Source: Fidelibacterota bacterium (GTDB lineage Bacteria > Fidelibacterota > Marinisomatia > Marinisomatales > JABMOV01). From it: a DNA stretch of 14,315 bases. The notes under the pieces are model-generated. The model saw only the letters and a program-made list of their open reading frames with translations. It did not search any database and was not told the origin of the DNA. Within the stretch, counting starts at the first letter, position 1, and every line of letters begins with the position of its first letter. The DNA lies in the NCBI GenBank assembly GCA_046861395.1, contig JBHHUC010000056.1, positions 1 to 14,315 of the forward strand, written 5' to 3'. Positions 1 through 6,260 of this stretch are shown piece by piece. A program made the position numbers and the translations under genes.

Positions 1-2
1 AA

Positions 3-311
3 CAATTCCCCACGGCCAATTCATTATGTAAAAACCTGGGTATCAACACTCGCACTTATTTTAATTATCAGGCCAAACTAAACCTGAAGCGGGGGCAAAG
101 CAGGTGGGATGAATTGGATCCCTATTTCAATCAATATCTGGATGAATTATCTCAATTGACCTGGAAAGATGCCAATCACCAGTTTGAATCTGACTTATAT
201 GATTATTTACTGAAAAAATTCCAATACAATAAAAAGCGGCTGGCTGAAGCCCTGGGTGTATCCTATGCTCAGGTTATTCAAAAGACAAAACCGCTGGGAG
301 CATTGAATTGA
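3..311 (+). CDS. C-terminal fragment (5'-truncated) of a DNA-binding regulator with two tandem Fis/NtrC-type helix-turn-helix motifs
   Basis: The frame of the track ORF 114..311 is open back to the window start: QFPTANSLCKNLGINTRTYFNYQAKLNLKRGQSRWDELDPYFNQYLDELSQLTWKDANHQFESDLYDYLLKKFQYNKKRLAEALGVSYAQVIQKTKPLGALN*. LTWKDANHQFE..YLLKKFQYNKKRLAEALGVS resembles the Fis/HTH_8 tail of enhancer-binding proteins; TANSLCKNLGINTRTYFNY is a second HTH-like motif. The TTG at 114 is probably not the real start. Confidence 0.7.
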   Translation, partial: QFPTANSLCKNLGINTRTYFNYQAKLNLKRGQSRWDELDPYFNQYLDELSQLTWKDANHQFESDLYDYLLKKFQYNKKRLAEALGVSYAQVIQKTKPLGALN

Positions 312-328
312 TAACCGAAATTTTATCC

Positions 329-491
329 TCCGTCGTGTCCGACTCCTACAGGAAGTCGACCAGCATGCGTACCTTATCATGGTGTGACAAAATTCAACCC
401 CATATGATGACGTCATTCCGGCCAAAGGTGCCGATATCTTCCCCTCATATCTATAATGGTCTCCCATCCTTCTTGTGGGGGACACGACGGA
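329..491 (+). ncRNA. Candidate structured non-coding RNA / cis-regulatory leader of unknown family
   Basis: Perfect 12-bp terminal inverted repeat TCCGTCGTGTCC (329-340) / GGACACGACGGA (480-491), continued inward by 345-355/469-479 (11 bp, 2 G-U), 358-362/457-461, 369-375/425-431 (1 G-U) and 376-380/404-408. Non-Watson-Crick pairs read as G-U on the + strand (A-C on the - strand), favouring a + strand RNA. Folded by eye only. Confidence 0.45.
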
Positions 492-498
492 AAGCATT

Positions 499-867
499 AT
501 GAATAAAAACACAATACTCATCGTCGAAGACGACAAATACATGGCTAAGTTGGTTCATTTCATTCTGAAGAAGAACTTTGATGGAGAAATTCTGATTGCG
601 GAGAATGGTGAGATTGCACTGCGCACCTGTGAAACTGTAAATCCTGATCTCATTTTTATGGATATCATGATGCCGGTTATGGATGGTATCACGTCAATTA
701 AGAAACTCCGATCACAGGGATTTAAAAATCCTATAATTGCGTTATCGGCCTACGGGGATATACAGAAAACAACTGTCTATGCCTCTGGCGCGAATAATGT
801 GATTGCCAAGCCGGCCAGTTTCCAGCAGATTCTGGATCAATTAGAATATATGAATGTCCCCAACTGA
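499..867 (+). CDS. Stand-alone response regulator receiver (CheY-like REC) protein
   Basis: ILIVEDD acidic pocket, phospho-acceptor Asp in PDLIFMDIMMPVMDG, IIALSA switch Ser, and KP motif; no output domain. ATG at 499 is preferred to the track's GTG at 475 because it gives a canonical REC N-terminus (MNKNTILIVEDD). Confidence 0.93.
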   Translation: MNKNTILIVEDDKYMAKLVHFILKKNFDGEILIAENGEIALRTCETVNPDLIFMDIMMPVMDGITSIKKLRSQGFKNPIIALSAYGDIQKTTVYASGANNVIAKPASFQQILDQLEYMNVPN

Positions 868-1090
868 TATGGATCCGATTCAGTATTCGAAACCAGACCT
901 CATTCAGCATATTAAAATGCTGATCTACCAATTGGAGGAAATGAACAGTAACGACCAGGAACTGGAAGAACGACTGGAAGAATTGGAGCGTTTCTATAAG
1001 GCAATGATTGACCGTGAGATGCGCATGGTGGAATTGAAAAAATATATTGCCGGTCTGGAGAAGAAACTGGATCAGGTAAGTTCAACCTGA
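854..1090 (+). CDS. Small coiled-coil protein (ELERF...REMRMVELKK motif), hypothetical
   Basis: Heptad-like Leu/Glu/Lys-rich sequence LEERLEELERFYKAMIDREMRMVELKKYIAGLEKKL; overlaps (ATG 854) or abuts (ATG 869, 1 nt after the REC stop) the REC gene, suggesting translational coupling. Confidence 0.75.
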   Translation: MSPTDMDPIQYSKPDLIQHIKMLIYQLEEMNSNDQELEERLEELERFYKAMIDREMRMVELKKYIAGLEKKLDQVSST

Positions 1091-1180
1091 GTCACAATTT
1101 TTCATATAAAACGGCTAACATATAAATAATCAATCGCTTTAAATTCCTTCTTATTCCTGCCTAACAATAAGGGGATACCT

Positions 1181-3088
1181 ATGAACGTCCGGTTGTTATT
1201 ATGTATTATCATTTCCGTTCTCATTGCCCAAAATGAAACACGTGTGGGTAATCTCATCATGCAGAACGTTCCCGCAATCCCGGAAAGGGTCAAAGAACGC
1301 ACCCGACAATATCAAAATGTGAGATCGGCATCTTTTTCTTCCTGGGATCCCCGTGGCAACGGCATGCTCATTTCGACACGCTTTGGTGAAACGTCCCAAC
1401 TTCATTATATCGAAAAACCCTTAGGTACCCGGCAGCAAATTACTTTTTTCGATGAACCGGTAGGTGGGGGATCATTCTGTCCCAATCCGGATAACCGGGG
1501 ATTCCTGTTTTCCAAAGATGTAGGGGGCAGCGAATATTATCAAATCTTCTGGTTTAATCTTGAGGACGGATCCTATCGCATGCTTACAGACGGAACATCC
1601 CGCAATGGCCTGGGACCGTGGTCCCATAGCGGTTCCCACTTTGCATTTGTATCCAATATGGCCAATGGCAAAGATATGAATGTCTATCTAGGATATATCG
1701 ATGATCGGCCCCTGCGGCACCTTTTTGAGGCGGAAGGTTATTGGGTTCCCTTGAGCTGGTCACCGGATGATCAACAACTCCTGGTAGAACACTACGTTTC
1801 CATCAATGAATCATATCTATGGTTGGTGGATGTGACAACAGGGGAGCGAACACCGTTTAATCCTTCGGATGAACCAATTTCTTATGGCAATGCCAAATTT
1901 AGTCGTAACGGAAAAGGTATTTATTATACTTCCGATGAAAATTCGGAATTCAGACATTTACGTTATTATGATTTTAGAACGAAAAAGACAAAGGTATTAA
2001 CAGCAAATATCCCCTGGGATGTGAATGCATTTACCATATCTGATGATGGTCGCTATATCGCCTTCGTGACCAATGAAGATGCCATTTCAAGACTTCATCT
2101 CATGTCGACAAGGACGCACCGGGAAATCAAACTGGGAGCGTTGCCGCTGGGACGAATTGGCGGTATCCGGTTTGATCCTTCCAGTCACAATCTGGCCTAT
2201 ACCATGAATACGCCCAAAACTCCCGGCGATATTTTCGTGATGAATATTGCCAGTAAAAAATCAATTCGGTGGACTGCCAGTGAAGTAGGTGGATTGAATA
2301 CCGATACATTTGTTGAACCTGAACTGTTTCATGTGAAATCCTTTGACGGTCTATCTATTCCCGGATTTGTCTACCGCCCCCGCAGTGAAGGGCCGCATCC
2401 CGTTGTGATCTACATCCACGGCGGACCCGAGAGTCAATACACACCGTATTTCTCGTCCACGTTTCAATATTGGATTAATGAATTGGGCATTGCCGTTGTG
2501 GCCACCAATGTGCGTGGTTCGAATGGGTATGGAAAATCCTATTTAAAGCTGGATAACGGTTTTAAACGGGAAGATTCGGTGCGTGATATCGAATACTTCC
2601 TGAATTGGATTGAGGAACAACCGGATCTTGATTCGGACCGTATCGCCGTCTATGGCGGATCATACGGCGGTTATATGGTCCTGGCGTGTATGACGCATTA
2701 TAATGAACGTCTGCGTGCCGCAGTGGATGTTGTTGGTATTTCCAATTTTGTCACATTTTTACAAAACACAAAATCTTACCGGCGGGACCTGCGTCGGGCT
2801 GAATACGGGGACGAGCGTGATCCGGAGATGTACGCCCATCTTCAGAAGATCTCCCCCAATAATAACGCCCATAAAATCACGAAACCGATCTTTATCATTC
2901 AGGGATATAACGATCCCCGGGTGCCGGTCACGGAAGCGGAACAAATGCGCGATGTAATCCGGAAGAATGGCGGAGATGTCTGGTATATGGTTGCCATGGA
3001 TGAAGGACATGGTTTCCGCAAACAGTTTAATCGTACCTATTACCGGAATGCCGTGAGTATGTTTTGGGAATCATATTTATTGAAATGA
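1181..3088 (+). CDS. Exported S9 family serine peptidase (dipeptidyl aminopeptidase/acylaminoacyl-peptidase-like, S9C-type) with beta-propeller
   Basis: Signal peptide MNVRLLLCIIISVLIA|Q; propeller-type repeats (WSHSG, WSPDD, FSRNG, ISDDG); IHGGPE, NVRGSNGYG, nucleophile GGSYGG, Asp in NDPRVP, His in DEGHGF. SD-like AAGGGG upstream. Confidence 0.93.
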   Translation: MNVRLLLCIIISVLIAQNETRVGNLIMQNVPAIPERVKERTRQYQNVRSASFSSWDPRGNGMLISTRFGETSQLHYIEKPLGTRQQITFFDEPVGGGSFCPNPDNRGFLFSKDVGGSEYYQIFWFNLEDGSYRMLTDGTSRNGLGPWSHSGSHFAFVSNMANGKDMNVYLGYIDDRPLRHLFEAEGYWVPLSWSPDDQQLLVEHYVSINESYLWLVDVTTGERTPFNPSDEPISYGNAKFSRNGKGIYYTSDENSEFRHLRYYDFRTKKTKVLTANIPWDVNAFTISDDGRYIAFVTNEDAISRLHLMSTRTHREIKLGALPLGRIGGIRFDPSSHNLAYTMNTPKTPGDIFVMNIASKKSIRWTASEVGGLNTDTFVEPELFHVKSFDGLSIPGFVYRPRSEGPHPVVIYIHGGPESQYTPYFSSTFQYWINELGIAVVATNVRGSNGYGKSYLKLDNGFKREDSVRDIEYFLNWIEEQPDLDSDRIAVYGGSYGGYMVLACMTHYNERLRAAVDVVGISNFVTFLQNTKSYRRDLRRAEYGDERDPEMYAHLQKISPNNNAHKITKPIFIIQGYNDPRVPVTEAEQMRDVIRKNGGDVWYMVAMDEGHGFRKQFNRTYYRNAVSMFWESYLLK

Positions 3089-3098
3089 GGAGCGAACA

Positions 3099-5228
3099 AT
3101 GTCGAAACAAATTCTTCTTTGTTTATTCCTGGTAGCATTAATCGGCTGCCATCAAACACCCACATTAATCCAGGAAGACCATTCCATGACGCCGAAACCT
3201 CCCGTTGCGAAGATTATTCCCAAAGATGTCACTGTCCACAATGATCCCCGAGTTGATAATTATTTCTGGTTACGCGATCGCGAAAAGCCGGATGTTATCA
3301 AATATTTGGAATCGGAAAACGCCTATACTGAAGCGATGACAAAGCATACCGTCGATTTACAGGAAAATATCTATCAAGAGATTAAGAGCAGGATAAAGGA
3401 AAATGATTTATCCGTGCCGGTTAAAATGGATGATTACTACTATTATTCCCGGACCGAGGAAGGAAAGGAATACAGTATCCATTGCCGGAAAAAGGGATCG
3501 CTGGAGTCGGAAGAGGAAATCATTCTTGATGAAAACAATCTGGCTGACGGAAAAGAATATTTACGTGTCGGAATATTTTCCGTGTCTCCCGATCATCAGC
3601 TCCTGGCTTATTCCGTGGATGATAACGGCAGTGAAAATTATACCTTATATTTCAAGAATCTGATGACCGGTGAAGTGTCGGGCGATACGGTGGAAAATGT
3701 GTATTATTCATTTGAATGGGGTAATGATAACCGCACTGTATTCTACACCACACTGGATGCCGCCCATCGGCCGTACCGGGTCTGGCGCCATGTTTTGGGA
3801 CAGGACAAGGATGAACTTGTTTACCAGGAAAATGATGAGTCGTATTTCGTATCCATGGGCAAGACCCGAAGTCAGAAATACCTGCTGATCGAACTGGAAA
3901 ATAATAATACGACGGAAATACGTTATCTGGAAGCGGACAATCCCTCCGGTGATTTTTCGGTGTTTGCGCCACGAAATGACGGTGTGGAGTACGGCGTGGT
4001 TCATCAGGGAAATTCATTTTATATCCTGACCAACGAAGATGCAGTGAATTTCAAATTAATGACGTGTATCGAAACAGCGGTTTCGCACGATAATTGGGCA
4101 GAATATATTCCTCACCGTCCCAAAACATTGCTGGATGATGTGGATGCCTTTGCCAACTATCTTGTCATCAGGGAACGGACCAATGGTCTGGGCCAGTTAC
4201 GCATCATTTCTACCCGGGATAAATCCGAGCATTACGTTGAATTTGACGAAGAGGCTTATGCCCTGTGGGGCAACAGTAATCCCGACTATCATTCTTCTGT
4301 GTATCGCTATACTTATTCATCGATGATTACGCCCCGAACTGTCTATGACTATGATATGGACACCAGGACCCGGGAATTAAAGAAGGAGGACGAAGTCCTG
4401 GGTGGATATGACAAATCGCAATATGTCACCTACCGTTTATGGGCTACTGCTCCGGACGGGGAGAAAATTCCCATGTCGATAGTGCATCGCAAGGGAATTG
4501 AGAAAAACGGAAAGAATCCAACCTACCTTTACGGCTATGGTTCCTACGGATCCACCATCAACGCCTATTTTTCCTATTCCCGGCTAAGTCTGTTGGACCG
4601 CGGGTTCATCTATGTGATTGCCCATCCCCGAGGCGGTGGATATTTGGGAAGACCCTGGTATGAAGACGGTAAATTATTGCATAAACGAAATACTTTCACG
4701 GATTTCATCGCCTGTGCCGAATATCTCATTTCGGAGCAGTATACGTCTCCCGAATTCATGGCCATCTCCGGTGGTTCAGCCGGAGGTCTACTCATGGGCG
4801 CCGTGTTGAATATGCGACCGGATCTCTTTCAGGTAGCCGTGGCACAGGTTCCCTTCGTGGATGTGATTAATACGATGCTGGACGAATCCATTCCGCTGAC
4901 GGTTATAGAATTTGATGAATGGGGCAATCCCAAAGACCCGAAATACTACAGCTATATGATTTCCTATTCACCCTATGATAATGTAAAACATCAGGATTAT
5001 CCCAATATCCTGGTAACTGCAGGTTTGAATGATCCCCGTGTACAATACTGGGAACCGGCCAAATGGACGGCCCGATTGCGCGCCACGAAAACCGATCATA
5101 ATACGCTGTTACTGAAAACTAACATGGGTGCCGGTCACGGTGGCGCATCAGGGCGGTATGAATATCTGCGGGAAGTTGCGTTTAATTATGCCTTCATATT
5201 TGATACACTCGGTATAACAGAACCGTGA
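3099..5228 (+). CDS. ptrB: Oligopeptidase B (protease II, S9A family), predicted lipoprotein
   Basis: PPVAKIIP..HNDPRVDNYFWLRD N-terminus, YGYGSYG, SRLSLLDRG, GGSAGG nucleophile, VPFVDV, EFDEWGNP, DPRVQYWEPAKW, GAGHGG are oligopeptidase B hallmarks. N-terminal MSKQILLCLFLVALIG|C lipobox. SD GAGGAG at 3087-3092. Confidence 0.93.
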   Translation: MSKQILLCLFLVALIGCHQTPTLIQEDHSMTPKPPVAKIIPKDVTVHNDPRVDNYFWLRDREKPDVIKYLESENAYTEAMTKHTVDLQENIYQEIKSRIKENDLSVPVKMDDYYYYSRTEEGKEYSIHCRKKGSLESEEEIILDENNLADGKEYLRVGIFSVSPDHQLLAYSVDDNGSENYTLYFKNLMTGEVSGDTVENVYYSFEWGNDNRTVFYTTLDAAHRPYRVWRHVLGQDKDELVYQENDESYFVSMGKTRSQKYLLIELENNNTTEIRYLEADNPSGDFSVFAPRNDGVEYGVVHQGNSFYILTNEDAVNFKLMTCIETAVSHDNWAEYIPHRPKTLLDDVDAFANYLVIRERTNGLGQLRIISTRDKSEHYVEFDEEAYALWGNSNPDYHSSVYRYTYSSMITPRTVYDYDMDTRTRELKKEDEVLGGYDKSQYVTYRLWATAPDGEKIPMSIVHRKGIEKNGKNPTYLYGYGSYGSTINAYFSYSRLSLLDRGFIYVIAHPRGGGYLGRPWYEDGKLLHKRNTFTDFIACAEYLISEQYTSPEFMAISGGSAGGLLMGAVLNMRPDLFQVAVAQVPFVDVINTMLDESIPLTVIEFDEWGNPKDPKYYSYMISYSPYDNVKHQDYPNILVTAGLNDPRVQYWEPAKWTARLRATKTDHNTLLLKTNMGAGHGGASGRYEYLREVAFNYAFIFDTLGITEP

Positions 5229-5271
5229 GAACCCAATTATTCAACCTTATGAATAGACCGGCGTTGATCCT

Positions 5272-5781
5272 ATGAAAAAGCTCTACGTTTTCGTTCTCAT
5301 GTTTGCGGCTCTGTCCTTTTCACAACAACATCGCTTGTTTTGGGATGGCGGGGACTGGAAACGACTGACCAAGAAAGCCCGGAATCAACCGGATATCGAA
5401 TTCCAGTTGAAAGCGGCTTACATTAATGGAGTAATGGACGGACGACTCTATGATTACCTGAAGCTGTGGTCAGTTGAATCGTCTCTGGCAGACAGTCTCT
5501 TCGATGAAATGCCCGATTATCTCTCCACGAGAGAAATGGTCAAAGCAGTGGATCATTTTTATGAAGATCCCTACAATTTGACTATACCGGTTCCCAGTGC
5601 TGTTATTATCGCATCCATGTATGCACATCAAATTCCCCTTGCAACCATCGATGACTACATTAAGCAATGCCGTTTCTGGATCAACAATCTTTATTTTCAG
5701 ATGGAACAAGAGGGTCCGGCTGCAATTCTGGAAGAAAAAATTAAAAAATACGACAAACGGAAACAGCAGAATCAGGATTAA
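5272..5781 (+). CDS. Secreted alpha-helical hypothetical protein
   Basis: 169-aa ORF with signal peptide MKKLYVFVLMFAALSFS|QQ, co-oriented 43 nt after ptrB; motifs WDGGDW, KAAYINGVMDG and VDHFYEDPYNLTIPVPSA. Confidence 0.8.
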   Translation: MKKLYVFVLMFAALSFSQQHRLFWDGGDWKRLTKKARNQPDIEFQLKAAYINGVMDGRLYDYLKLWSVESSLADSLFDEMPDYLSTREMVKAVDHFYEDPYNLTIPVPSAVIIASMYAHQIPLATIDDYIKQCRFWINNLYFQMEQEGPAAILEEKIKKYDKRKQQNQD

Positions 5782-5798
5782 TCAATTCGGATTAATCC
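5775..5798. repeat. Direct + inverted repeat (9-bp stem hairpin) at the convergent gene junction
   Basis: GGATTAATC at 5775-5783 and 5789-5797; 5775-5783 is also the exact reverse complement of 5790-5798 (GATTAATCC), 6-nt loop. Spans the shared TTAA stop codons of the two convergent genes. No U-tract. Confidence 0.45.
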
Positions 5799-6176
5799 AA
5801 CCGATGGATGATAGGTATATACGCGAAAATCTCCTGCGAACTGCACTTTGCTCACATGGAAGAGAAACTGGGAAAACTGATGCTCGGAGTAGGGCATGGT
5901 CGTGGATTCGGAGTGAACAGTGTTGACGGAAAACGGAATATTTTGAATGAAAGGCATGCGTATCTCAGCCAGCACCTTGCCGTGTTGATCGATTTCCGTT
6001 AAAAATCCTTCCAGGTATGTGATATCTTTTCCCGAGTCATTGGATATTTGGACCGTAACCTTCAATAGATCATGCTGGAACTGAATTGTTCTTATATCAA
6101 TTGCCAGGGGATGGATTTGTTTCAGGGGTTGGCTGAAACTCCAGGCAAAGAGGATCATGAAAACCAAGTTTCTCAT
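5778..6176 (-). CDS. Secreted small beta-sandwich hypothetical protein (FxLYD-domain-like)
   Basis: Signal peptide MRNLVFMILFAWSFS|Q; LKVTVQISNDSGKDITYLEGFLTEIDQHGKVL resembles the V.+.N..G..+.Y+.....+D..G.++ pattern of FxLYD-type Ig-like domains (recognised by eye). Overlaps the upstream gene by 4 nt (TTAA). Confidence 0.7.
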   Translation of the reverse strand: MRNLVFMILFAWSFSQPLKQIHPLAIDIRTIQFQHDLLKVTVQISNDSGKDITYLEGFLTEIDQHGKVLAEIRMPFIQNIPFSVNTVHSESTTMPYSEHQFSQFLFHVSKVQFAGDFRVYTYHPSVGLIRID

Positions 6177-6202
6177 GGCGGAAATTCGTTATATCTTCCA
6201 GA

Positions 6203-6240
6203 GGTTCAAAGGATGAATCCGGAGTGAAACCTTTTGAGCC
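6203..6240. promoter_or_regulatory. Imperfect inverted repeat in divergent intergenic region (possible operator or leader hairpin)
   Basis: GGTTCAAAGG (6203-6212) versus CCTTTTGAGCC (6230-6240; reverse complement GGCTCAAAAGG), lying between the divergent starts at 6176 and 6261/6270. Confidence 0.3.
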
Positions 6241-6260
6241 ATCAGGGGTAGTACAGTAGA

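Noticed and set aside
350..364. Possible sigma54 -24/-12 promoter (GG-N10-GC at 351-364)
   Set aside because: Only the GG/GC dinucleotides match; TGGCAC and TTGC contexts are absent.
383..398. CRP/FNR-like site TGTGA-N6-TCAAC
   Set aside because: Second half-site is imperfect and the symmetry is equally explained by the apical RNA hairpin; insufficient evidence.
409..435. Superficial resemblance to a c-di-GMP-I riboswitch (GACG...CCGGCC...GCCGA)
   Set aside because: Lacks the GGCAAACC segment, the GNRA tetraloop/receptor and the GCAAAGC junction.
329..491. Retron msr-msd or IS/MITE interpretation of the terminal inverted repeat
   Set aside because: No reverse transcriptase or transposase in the window, no target-site duplication in the flanks (ATCC / AAGC) and no second copy in the window. 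A MITE cannot be fully excluded without a genome-wide search.
207..542. Track ORFs 207..542 (-) and 308..502 (+) crossing the structured intergenic region
   Set aside because: No recognisable motif or SD, atypical composition, and overlap with better-supported genes; treated as spurious.
6239..6249. 11-mer CCATCAGGGGT identical to the 5' start of the TPP riboswitch (12831-12841)
   Set aside because: No CTGAGA or P4/P5 elements follow; 11-mer matches are expected by chance in a 14-kb window.
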